This document shows, piece after piece, positions 9,993-18,095 of a stretch of DNA of 64,000 nucleotides (position 1 is the first letter of the stretch; every line of letters begins with the position of its first letter). Under the pieces are notes generated by a model. The model saw only the letters and a list, made by a program, of their open reading frames with translations. It was not told where the DNA came from and made no database searches. This DNA is from Gammaproteobacteria bacterium (GTDB lineage Bacteria > Pseudomonadota > Gammaproteobacteria > Pseudomonadales > Azotimanducaceae). The stretch covers positions 277,699 through 341,698 of the forward strand of contig VXYL01000070.1 in NCBI GenBank assembly GCA_009846005.1, written 5' to 3'. Both the position numbers and the translations under genes were made by a program.

Positions 9993-10021
9993 TTGTGTGC
10001 CGAGGGCGCTTGTTGTACGTT
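9993..10021 (+). promoter_or_regulatory. possible sigma70-type promoter for the RiPP precursor (TTGTGT-N17-TACGTT)
   Basis: The hexamers at 9993-9998 and 10016-10021 have 17-nt spacing and lie about 40 nt upstream of the precursor start. This is a weak match found by eye only. Confidence 0.2.
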
Positions 10022-10059
10022 GACCGATGCCTCTGCTGCTTCCGACAGGAGGTGCCGAA

Positions 10060-10371
10060 GTGAGAGCAACCGAAATACTGGAACTTTTGTTGTCGAGAGC
10101 GGGTGAAGATCCGGAGTTCAGATCCCGCCTGTTGTCCGAACCGGAAGCGACCCTCAAGGATGAGTACGGTTTCGCTGTCCCGGACGGGATGAAGCTCAAG
10201 GTCATCGAAGATTCGAAGACCACGGCCCATCTCGTGCTACCACCGAACCCGCAACTGACGATGGACGAAATGCGTGCCGTCAGCGGCGGGATCGGCGCAG
10301 TCGACGACAACAGCGCCGGAAGCAATTCCAGCGATACCGACTGGCAGAACCACCCGATCTTCCACGACTAA
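10060..10371 (+). CDS. NHLP (nitrile hydratase leader peptide) family RiPP precursor
   Basis: The leader VRATEILELLLSRAGEDPEFRSRLLSEPEATLKDEYGFAVPDGMKLKVIEDSKTTAHLVLPPNPQLTMDEMRAVSGG matches the NHLP leader pattern (AWeDpeFk..Ll.nP, LvLP.nP, ..eL..VaGG). An AGGAGG Shine-Dalgarno at 10047-10052 lies 7 nt before the GTG at 10060, so the track start at 10027 was trimmed. Confidence 0.85.
   Translation: MRATEILELLLSRAGEDPEFRSRLLSEPEATLKDEYGFAVPDGMKLKVIEDSKTTAHLVLPPNPQLTMDEMRAVSGGIGAVDDNSAGSNSSDTDWQNHPIFHD
10291..10368 (+). other. predicted core peptide IGAVDDNSAGSNSSDTDWQNHPIFHD (26 aa) after the double-glycine cleavage site
   Basis: The core follows the SGG motif that C39 peptidase-domain exporters recognise. 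It contains 5 Asp, 3 Asn, 4 Ser, 2 His, 1 Trp and 1 Pro, and has no Cys, Lys or Arg. Confidence 0.65.
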
Positions 10372-10454
10372 GGACGGGATCCGGCTTCACCGGTCGCGAC
10401 TGGCTACGTCCACCGGGCGTTGGTTTCGCTCGGATTGCCCGTGCCCGATGCCGA

Positions 10455-10480
10455 TTGACGATCGTTGCCGTGATCGTCAA
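10455..10480 (+). promoter_or_regulatory. stem-loop between precursor and export genes (possible processing or attenuation element)
   Basis: TTGACGATC-gttgccgt-GATCGTCAA forms a perfect 9-bp stem with an 8-nt loop. No U-tract follows it. Confidence 0.3.
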
Positions 10481-10631
10481 CATCGACCGACAACGCCGCT
10501 AGCGGCGCCTAGAAGACCGTCCGCCTCCTTGAACGCGTCCCATCGCAGGACCGGCGCTGTGCAACGCACGCCTCAACTGCGCATGCTGTTAGCCGCCGCC
10601 TCCACCCCGGCCACGCCGACCGCACTAACCC

Positions 10632-11279
10632 GTGCCCCGGTTTCCCTGGGTTAGGCCCCAACGTGCGCGTTCAACGCGCAAGCCCAACGCCGACTCGCCG
10701 GGCGCGTCGTCGAGCTACTACGGACTCCTTCCGAACCGGCTGTTCAATGACGAGGCCTCGAGGAATCGCGCCGAACTCGAGCCCATCGACAACCTGACGC
10801 GATCCACGACCCCGCATGCGGCGCATGTGACCATCGCCATTGGTGCGCTCGCAATCGCCGTCGCGGCATGGCTGACGCTGGGCCGTGTCGACCACAGCCT
10901 GTGGTTGACCGGCAAACTCGTCGACGCGGACGCAGCGACCGCAACGCAAGGCCTTCGCCCCGGGGACGTCATTCGGATCGAAACCGAGGTCCGTCCCCCC
11001 GATGTCGACCTGTTGCTTGCTGGCAGGAAAGTCCTCCTGTTCACAAGCACCTCGACCGACACGTTCGTGGCGGGAACGGTCCGCCACATCCACGTCCTAA
11101 CGCATGCGAGCCTCGATGGTCCCAACGCGACGGTTAGGCTCGACATCGAACACGACCCATCGTCGCCGCTCGTGCCGCCGGACTCCCACGACTACCGGCT
11201 GCGCATTCCCATCGGCACGCAGCGCCCGCTTGAGATGCTTCTCGGTTTCGCGAAGACACGGTCGGCCCGAGAGCCATGA
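10632..11279 (+). CDS. HlyD-family adaptor of the NHLP/bacteriocin export system, unusually short
   Basis: It has a single TM helix (VTIAIGALAIAVAAWLTLG), beta-rich lipoyl/barrel-like segments (GDVIRIE, VAGTVRHI) and a terminal GTQRPLEMLL resembling the HlyD C-terminus. Its stop overlaps the next start (ATGA at 11276-11279). The start (GTG at 10632) is uncertain. Confidence 0.55.
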   Translation: MPRFPWVRPQRARSTRKPNADSPGASSSYYGLLPNRLFNDEASRNRAELEPIDNLTRSTTPHAAHVTIAIGALAIAVAAWLTLGRVDHSLWLTGKLVDADAATATQGLRPGDVIRIETEVRPPDVDLLLAGRKVLLFTSTSTDTFVAGTVRHIHVLTHASLDGPNATVRLDIEHDPSSPLVPPDSHDYRLRIPIGTQRPLEMLLGFAKTRSAREP

Positions 11280-13474
11280 ACCCGGTGATCACCAAGCTTC
11301 GACGCCGGCTGCGCCCGATTCCGCGAACACCCCTGTTCCAGCAGATCCAGGCGAGCGAATGCGGCGCGGCCAGTCTCGGGATCCTCCTCGCCCACTTAGG
11401 TCGGTGGATTGGAATGAACGAACTCTGCAGAGCCTGCGGCGTGAGCCGGGATGGGTGTTCCGCGGCCGACATCCAACGCGCCGCCGCAGGCTACGGCGCC
11501 GAAGTCACGGGGTGGCAACGTTCGGGGGAGTACCTGAAGAAACTGGAAGCGCCAGCGATTCTGTTCTGGGAGTTCAATCACTTCCTGGTACTCGAGGGAT
11601 TCAAGAACAGCCGCTACTACATCAACGACCCGGCGAATGGCCGCTACTCGCTGGACGAGGCGACGTTCGCAGAGCGCTATATGGGCATCGTGCTGCTGGT
11701 GCGACCGGGTTCGGATTTCACGCCCTCGGAACGCCCGGCGAACCTCCGGTCCCGCCTGTTGCCCTGGCTGGGCGAACATCGCATCCAGATCGGCGTCGCA
11801 TTCGTCTTGGGTCTCTTGATGGCCGCTCCGATGCTGGCTCTGCCCGAGTTGCTTCGCTACTTCACCGACGCGGCCATCGGCAGCTCTCCCCCGTCGGTAA
11901 CGCTCGTGGTCGGCGGGACCGTCGGTATCGCCACAGTTATGTTCGGACTTCTCTGGCTACAACAGCGCGTCCTGCTCGCTGTTAGCGTGCGCATCGCGCT
12001 CGTGCAATCCGAACGGTTTCTGTCCGCCTTGCTGCGTCTGCCGATGGAATACTTCGCACAGCGATTCTCGGGGGAACTCGCCTCGCGTGCCCGCCTGCTG
12101 GACCGAATCGCCAACACGGCGACCACACGGTTGGCTCGACTTGCCATCGAATTGACCATGAGCCTCATATTCCTCGTCTGGATTGCCCTGCAGGACTCGG
12201 TACTCGCTGTAACGGCCGCTGTCGTGGCGATCCTGAACGTATTCGTCGTGCGTCTCGTCTACGATCGTTGCAGGCACGAAAACTACCGACTGCGTCGCAG
12301 TCAGAGCATGCTCTCCGGCATCGCGGCGACGGCGCTGAAAAACCTCGATACGCTTCGGGCATCCGGAACCGAGGGCGACTTCTTCACGCGCCTGTCCGGC
12401 TACCAGGCACTTGAACTGCGCTACCGCCTGCGATCGGCCGAACTCGGCGCTTTCACGAACGCGCTGCCGCCGTTCTTCCTCATGGTGGGAGGAGCGGTGG
12501 TGCTTGGGGTCGGGGGCATGCGCGTCATCTCCGGGGACATGTCGATTGGAGACGTCGTGGCAACCTACTTTGTCATCGGCAGCTTTTTGCTGCCGATCGG
12601 CAAGTATGTCGAGTCGACCGGACTCATCCAGATGTTGGAAGCCGATCTGCAGCGGGTTCAGGACATCCAGGACGCCGACCCCGGACCCGGTGCAGACACT
12701 CTCGAGACAGACGGGGCGAACCGTCTGTTCAGCATCGGTCGACGGGTCCGGCTCGCGGGTCGGCTGGAACTGCGCGATGTCACCTTCGGCTACCGGCTTC
12801 ACCACGACCCGATCATCGAGGGGTTCAACCTGACCCTCGAGCCAGGCCAGCGTGTGGCACTGGTCGGCCCGAGCGGGTCCGGCAAATCCACGATCGCGTC
12901 GCTAATCGCCGGCATCTATCGACCGTGGACCGGCCAGGTTCTGTTTGATGGCCATGAGCGCGACGAGATACCGCGCGAAGTCGCCATCGACTCGGTTGCC
13001 TATGTGAGCCAACGCGTCAATCTGTTCTCCGGCACGGTCCGCGAGAACCTCACCATGTGGAATCCCACGGTGCCGGACGCGCTGGTCGTCGATGCGGCCC
13101 ACGACGCGCAAATCCACGACGAGATCGCCCAACGGCCATTGGGCTACGACACGACGATCGAGGAAGGTGGCCAGAACTTCAGCGGCGGCCAACGTCAGCG
13201 TTTGGAGATCGCGCGCGCACTCGTGCCGCGACCGTCCTTGATCATCCTCGACGAGGCGACGAGCGATCTCGATGCCGCAGTGGAATCGCGCATCGACGAC
13301 TCGTTGCGCAGGCGCGGCTGCGCCTGCCTGATCGTGGCCCACCGGCTGAGCACGATCCGGGACAGCGACGAGATCCTCGTCTTGGATCAGGGCAGGACGG
13401 TTCAGCGCGGCCAACACGAAGAACTGATGCTCGACAAGGCCGGCATCTACCACGACCTCGTGACGTCCCAGTAG
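11276..13474 (+). CDS. NHLP-family bacteriocin export ABC transporter, C39 peptidase/permease/ATPase
   Basis: The C39 domain has a catalytic Cys (QASECGAASLGILLA), His (FWEFNHFLVLEG) and Asp (INDPANG). It is followed by a 6-TM ABC permease, Walker A GPSGSGKST, the signature FSGGQRQR and Walker B IILDEATS. Confidence 0.9.
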   Translation: MNPVITKLRRRLRPIPRTPLFQQIQASECGAASLGILLAHLGRWIGMNELCRACGVSRDGCSAADIQRAAAGYGAEVTGWQRSGEYLKKLEAPAILFWEFNHFLVLEGFKNSRYYINDPANGRYSLDEATFAERYMGIVLLVRPGSDFTPSERPANLRSRLLPWLGEHRIQIGVAFVLGLLMAAPMLALPELLRYFTDAAIGSSPPSVTLVVGGTVGIATVMFGLLWLQQRVLLAVSVRIALVQSERFLSALLRLPMEYFAQRFSGELASRARLLDRIANTATTRLARLAIELTMSLIFLVWIALQDSVLAVTAAVVAILNVFVVRLVYDRCRHENYRLRRSQSMLSGIAATALKNLDTLRASGTEGDFFTRLSGYQALELRYRLRSAELGAFTNALPPFFLMVGGAVVLGVGGMRVISGDMSIGDVVATYFVIGSFLLPIGKYVESTGLIQMLEADLQRVQDIQDADPGPGADTLETDGANRLFSIGRRVRLAGRLELRDVTFGYRLHHDPIIEGFNLTLEPGQRVALVGPSGSGKSTIASLIAGIYRPWTGQVLFDGHERDEIPREVAIDSVAYVSQRVNLFSGTVRENLTMWNPTVPDALVVDAAHDAQIHDEIAQRPLGYDTTIEEGGQNFSGGQRQRLEIARALVPRPSLIILDEATSDLDAAVESRIDDSLRRRGCACLIVAHRLSTIRDSDEILVLDQGRTVQRGQHEELMLDKAGIYHDLVTSQ

Positions 13475-13499
13475 GCGGACACCGGCGGATTCGGTCAAC

Positions 13500-16364
13500 A
13501 TGGGCAACATCGTAAGCCGAGACACACACCGCGCCGCGTTTCCGCTGGCCGGCGACAGTTCCGCTTGGCGCGTCGACTCGGGCGCCGTCGACGTGTTCTT
13601 CGTCCACGTCAACGACGGCATCGTCAACGCCCCCTACAAGCACGTCCTGCGCGCCGCAGAGGGGCAAGTGATCTTCGGCATCGACCCGTTGGACTTGGGC
13701 GACGACGGACAACTGGAGCTGTGGGCCAAGGGCCTGCCAGGCTTCTCCCTCCACGCCACGACGGTCGGCGAGCTAATCGACCGCGACGACGCCGTGGCCG
13801 CCCAGGTCGACCAGTGGATAACCAGCTTCACGGACTCGGTTGCCCGCGACATCATGCCCGTGCCTCGCGCGGATGCGTTCGTCTCACTCGGTCATGTTCC
13901 GGACCTTCAGGCCGTCAAGGTCGTATCCGCCCGGGGCGGCGTGGTGTGGTTGTCGGGGCTCAGGGCGGCTTCCTACCTCGGTTTGGTCGACGCCACCGAC
14001 CACGATGCCGATTGGCTCCCGTTGACCCTGCAAAGCTGGGTGACGGTGTCGGGATCCCAGGACACCGTCGTCGCGGCGTCGAGCGCGCAGCTACACGAGA
14101 GCGGAACGCTCGAAGAGGCTCTCGGCAAGTTCCACCGGCGCTTGCTCGACGCCGAGCGGGTCAACAGGCTGCTCGAGGTCGTCGACGAAGCCAATCTTCA
14201 GATGGACCGCTCCACGCGGCGGCGCGAAGACGAAGAGCAAGCCCGGGACGAACTCAAGCGCCTGTTCGAGCAAACCGACTCCGACGCTGCAATACCCGCG
14301 CTCCATGAAGCACTCAACGCAGTAGGGGCGTACGAGGGTTTCGAGTTTCAGTTCCCTGATCCCGACCCCGACGCCAGCCACGGCGATCCGGTTGTCGAAA
14401 TCGCGTTCAGTTCAAGGGTGCGGGCGCGCGCCGTCCGGCTCGACTCCGTGACCCGCTGGTGGTTCGGCGACAACAGCGCGCTACTCGGCTTCCACAGCGA
14501 GAGTGGATCCCCTATCGCACTCCTGCCCGGGCGTTTTGGGCGCTACCGCCTACGAGATCCCGCGACGCGCAAGACGACGACAGTGACCCGGGCCGTGGCG
14601 GGCAAGCTGCACAAGTATGCTTGGATGTTCATCCGCCCCCTCCCCGAACGACCGGTCAAGGCCAGAGATGCGCTGAAGCTGTTCGCGAACAAGACCGGCA
14701 GCGATTCGATCCGGTACGCGGTCAGCGGACTCATCGCCGGCCTGATCTCCTTTGCGCCGGCCGCCATGGTCGCCGTCATCGTGGATTGGCTGATACCGGC
14801 GCGAAGCGACGGCTTCCTCTACCTGGCCATGGCGACCCTGGTACTGCTCGCAGTCGCGGGATGCCTTGTCCAGCTGCGCCAGGGCACGACCTTGGTGCAC
14901 GTCGAAGGGCGCGGTGCCGCACGGCTAACGGCCGCCATCTGGGATCGCTTGCTGCGGCTCAAGCGCGACGATGTTCGCGGATTCAAGACCGGCGAGATCT
15001 CGCAACGGGCGTTCGTGGTCCAGGCACTGCGCGAGAACACCTCCGGCATCGTCTCCGGCACGCTCAGTTCGATTCTCTTCCTGCTGCCGATACTCGGCCT
15101 GCTGTTCCTCTACGATGCGACCCTGGCAACGACAAGCCTTGCCTTGGGAGTTCTCGGCCTCATCGTCGTCGCGAGCTTCGGGTTCCGCCAGGTCACGTGG
15201 CAGCGTCGATACCACGACGCGCAGCAGACCCTGGCGGGCGACATGTTCCAGTTCGTGAACGGCATCGAAAAGTTGCGGGCCACCGGCGCGGAGAGTTCCG
15301 TTTTCGCGTTCTGGGTGCGCGGCTATCTCGACAAGAAGCAAGCCGAGATCAAGGTAGAACGCTTGAACGCCCTGGCAACCGCCGTGACGGGATCGCTGCC
15401 GATGTTCGCCGCTGCCTGCCTATTCGCCGTCGTCTTGATGCGCCCGGACGGGCCCATAGAGCTTGGCGCATTCCTCGCCGTGTTCGCCGCTTCGATGACC
15501 TTCTTCAGCGCGATAACGCGAATGGGGGGCTCGGTCGGTGCCCTCGCTTCGCTGTTTCCCGCCTATCAGCAACTCAAGCCCCTGTTCGACCCGTCCCTCG
15601 AGGCCCGGACATCGGCAAGCGTCGCTCCCATCCGCCGAATCCAGGGGGAGGTGCGCCTTGACCATGTCACCTTCAGCTACGAGGAAGCCGGGCCCCAGGT
15701 ACTTCGCGATGTCTCGCTGCACGTCCGACCCGGCGAGTTCGTCGCCATCGTCGGCGAATCCGGGTCGGGAAAGAGCAGCCTGCTCCGTCTCATCCTGGGA
15801 TTGGAACGGCCCTCAACCGGCGCGGTGTACTTCGACGAACGAAACCTCCGCTACCTCGATGACCTCGCGCTACGCCGCCAGATCGGGGTCGTCATGCAGA
15901 ACGGCTCGCTGCAACCCGGGACGATCCTCCAGAACATCGTCGGAATCAACAGCGAGGCCACCCTGGAAGATGCCTGGTCCGCAGCGCGCAAGGCATCCCT
16001 GGCCGACGACATCCGGGCGATGGAGATGGGCATGCACACACCCGTCGGCGAACATTCAGGGCTGTTCTCGGGTGGCCAAGTACAGCGCATCCTCATCGCG
16101 GCGGCACTCGTGAGAGACCCGAGCATCATTCTGCTGGACGAGGCCACCAACTGGCTTGACAACAAGAGCCAGGCGGAGGTCATGCGCAGCATTGGTGAAA
16201 TCGCCGCAACCCGTATCGTCGTCGCACATCGGCTGTCCACAATCAAGAACGCCGACCGGATCTACGTCCTGTCACACGGCCGGGTCGTCCAATCGGGTAC
16301 GTTCACGGAACTCGCAGCGGCACCGGGAACGTTCCAGACCCTAATCGCCCGCCAAGTGACGTAG
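13500..16364 (+). CDS. NHLP-family bacteriocin export ABC transporter permease/ATPase with cNMP-binding-like N-terminal domain
   Basis: The N-terminus (WRVDSGAVDVFFVHVNDG..HVLRAAEGQVIFGI) is like the cyclic-nucleotide-binding-like domain of the second NHLP exporter subunit. The nucleotide-binding domain has GESGSGKSS, FSGGQVQR and ILLDEATN. Length is 954 aa. Confidence 0.85.
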   Translation: MGNIVSRDTHRAAFPLAGDSSAWRVDSGAVDVFFVHVNDGIVNAPYKHVLRAAEGQVIFGIDPLDLGDDGQLELWAKGLPGFSLHATTVGELIDRDDAVAAQVDQWITSFTDSVARDIMPVPRADAFVSLGHVPDLQAVKVVSARGGVVWLSGLRAASYLGLVDATDHDADWLPLTLQSWVTVSGSQDTVVAASSAQLHESGTLEEALGKFHRRLLDAERVNRLLEVVDEANLQMDRSTRRREDEEQARDELKRLFEQTDSDAAIPALHEALNAVGAYEGFEFQFPDPDPDASHGDPVVEIAFSSRVRARAVRLDSVTRWWFGDNSALLGFHSESGSPIALLPGRFGRYRLRDPATRKTTTVTRAVAGKLHKYAWMFIRPLPERPVKARDALKLFANKTGSDSIRYAVSGLIAGLISFAPAAMVAVIVDWLIPARSDGFLYLAMATLVLLAVAGCLVQLRQGTTLVHVEGRGAARLTAAIWDRLLRLKRDDVRGFKTGEISQRAFVVQALRENTSGIVSGTLSSILFLLPILGLLFLYDATLATTSLALGVLGLIVVASFGFRQVTWQRRYHDAQQTLAGDMFQFVNGIEKLRATGAESSVFAFWVRGYLDKKQAEIKVERLNALATAVTGSLPMFAAACLFAVVLMRPDGPIELGAFLAVFAASMTFFSAITRMGGSVGALASLFPAYQQLKPLFDPSLEARTSASVAPIRRIQGEVRLDHVTFSYEEAGPQVLRDVSLHVRPGEFVAIVGESGSGKSSLLRLILGLERPSTGAVYFDERNLRYLDDLALRRQIGVVMQNGSLQPGTILQNIVGINSEATLEDAWSAARKASLADDIRAMEMGMHTPVGEHSGLFSGGQVQRILIAAALVRDPSIILLDEATNWLDNKSQAEVMRSIGEIAATRIVVAHRLSTIKNADRIYVLSHGRVVQSGTFTELAAAPGTFQTLIARQVT

Positions 16365-16481
16365 GGGACAGGCTTGTCCCGTCCCGTGGCCAAGTGAGCC
16401 GCCTGTCCGGCCCGGGCGACCGCGGCTTCGGGCGCGTTGGGGTCGCCCCAATCGGTCCCTACGGTTCTTGTCCAGAAGACC

Positions 16482-17978
16482 TCAACGGGTTGCCGGGTGG
16501 AATGCCGACACGGCATCGTCCTTGATCAACTGCATGAGGAAAGCGTCGATGAACTCGTCCGGGTACCCATCGCGGCAGATCGCCTTGAGTTCCTCCACCG
16601 ACATCGAATCCGATCGGGCTAGTGCACTAATCAAGTCGAGACACCGAATGTCGAATCTCCGCTCCATGCCATTCGCCCTGAGCACGAAGGTGCCCTTGGC
16701 GAGGCACGTCTCGATCGCGGCGTGCCGCCGACCCTTGAGCGAGAGTCGAAATCCGTTCCATAGCGGCGACTTCCAAGGCTCAATATAGGTCGACAGCGAT
16801 GTCCGGCTCGCCTCCGTCCACGACGCCCTGATATCCGATTGGAATCGATCACCCAGATCGTCGACCAACTTTCCGCGAATCAACGCCACCAAGCGCTGGA
16901 AATAGTCCCTGCGGCTCGCCTCGTCCGCCGCCAAGGGCGTGTTCTTGCGAAACACCTCGTGGTCGAGAAGTGTGTTCTCGAGCCAGCGCATAACCCAGGT
17001 ACCTGTTACCGGCCGGGTGCTGAGCGTCAGATGAATGCTGCCCTTTCCGTCATCGACTTCGTCGACCCGGGCATCGTGCCACCATCCCCGTGGAACATAG
17101 AGCACGTCCCCCGCAGTCAACTTGCCCGACCAAACCGGTTCGTCGGGTCTGTCCAGATTGGGCCGGTTGTCCAGCTTCGTCGGAAGGTTCCGGGTCTCAC
17201 CGAAGAGGTGCCACCGCTTCTCCCCAACCGCTTGGATGACGTACACGTCGTGATCGTCCCAGTGCGTCGCGAAGCCTCGCGTCGATCGCCACGAGGCGTA
17301 CAGATTGACGTTCACGTAGGTCGCGAGACTTCGTTCGATTTCGTCCGACAGCCTGCGAATCGGCTCGTGGTAGTCATGAACCGCGTTGGCGATGAAAGTC
17401 GCGCCGCTGCGCAGTAGATTGGCCAGTTTCCGTGCGTCTACTCTCGATACAAACGGACCGGGCTGCCGGGTACCCAACCCGAGGTTGTCGATCTGAAAGA
17501 GGTCATCGGCGACCTCCACGCCGTCCATGACGACATGCAACTGCGGCGGCCGGAGATTGCGGTTGCAGATGGCATCGTTCAAATCATCCCAGGTGATCAA
17601 CCCGGCAAACCGATCATCCGGGCCTCGAAGAACCAACGGCCTCGGCTCGCGATACTGCTCGCGGTAGAAATCGGTGACGTCCAGCGGCGCAACAAGCCTT
17701 GCGAGTCCCTCCAAGCCGTCGCGATCGCAACCCCGGGCGTCGAGCTCGCCGACGCCTGGGCGCTTGGCTTCAGCCCGCTCAACGTCCCCGTCCCGCGCCG
17801 ATTCCAGTCGAATGCGCATGTTCGGGACATCCGCTCGCTTGGAAAGAAGACCGAGCACCGCCTCGTCGTGCCTTTCTTCCCGGCGGTGCACGTGATGGTC
17901 GACGGGTCCGGCGGAAGCGAGTTTCTTGCCCAGGAACATCTCGTGCGCCTTTGGTGTTCGGTCGGCCATGGCACTCAT
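16482..17978 (-). CDS. JmjC / cupin-4 Fe(II)- and 2-oxoglutarate-dependent oxygenase (RoxA/YcfD-like) with C-terminal winged-helix-like domain
   Basis: GFATHWDDHDVYVIQAVGEKRWHLF carries the HxD motif and LYVPRGWWHDARV the distal His, as in ribosomal oxygenases. The C-terminal ~120 aa is helical/wHTH-like. The N-terminal ~90 aa may be an over-extension; alternative in-frame Met codons exist. Confidence 0.8.
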   Translation of the reverse strand: MSAMADRTPKAHEMFLGKKLASAGPVDHHVHRREERHDEAVLGLLSKRADVPNMRIRLESARDGDVERAEAKRPGVGELDARGCDRDGLEGLARLVAPLDVTDFYREQYREPRPLVLRGPDDRFAGLITWDDLNDAICNRNLRPPQLHVVMDGVEVADDLFQIDNLGLGTRQPGPFVSRVDARKLANLLRSGATFIANAVHDYHEPIRRLSDEIERSLATYVNVNLYASWRSTRGFATHWDDHDVYVIQAVGEKRWHLFGETRNLPTKLDNRPNLDRPDEPVWSGKLTAGDVLYVPRGWWHDARVDEVDDGKGSIHLTLSTRPVTGTWVMRWLENTLLDHEVFRKNTPLAADEASRRDYFQRLVALIRGKLVDDLGDRFQSDIRASWTEASRTSLSTYIEPWKSPLWNGFRLSLKGRRHAAIETCLAKGTFVLRANGMERRFDIRCLDLISALARSDSMSVEELKAICRDGYPDEFIDAFLMQLIKDDAVSAFHPATR

Positions 17979-18095
17979 GCTGGATGCGCGGACTGCCCTC
18001 GATCATACCGCAGGCGAGAAACGGCGACGGCGATTGCGCCCCGTAGGGGACCGGCGTGTGCGGTCCCGGCGCAGATGCTGCTTCCCATGCAGACG

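Noticed and set aside
10661-10675. 15-mer ACGTGCGCGTTCAAC shared between 3361-3375 and 10661-10675
   Set aside because: A single exact 15-mer match is expected by chance in 64 kb of GC-biased sequence on two strands, and the flanks do not align.
16365-16380. Hairpin GGGACA-ggct-TGTCCC right after the second ABC exporter gene, as an intrinsic terminator
   Set aside because: The stem is only 6 bp and there is no U-tract on either strand, which is too weak to call.
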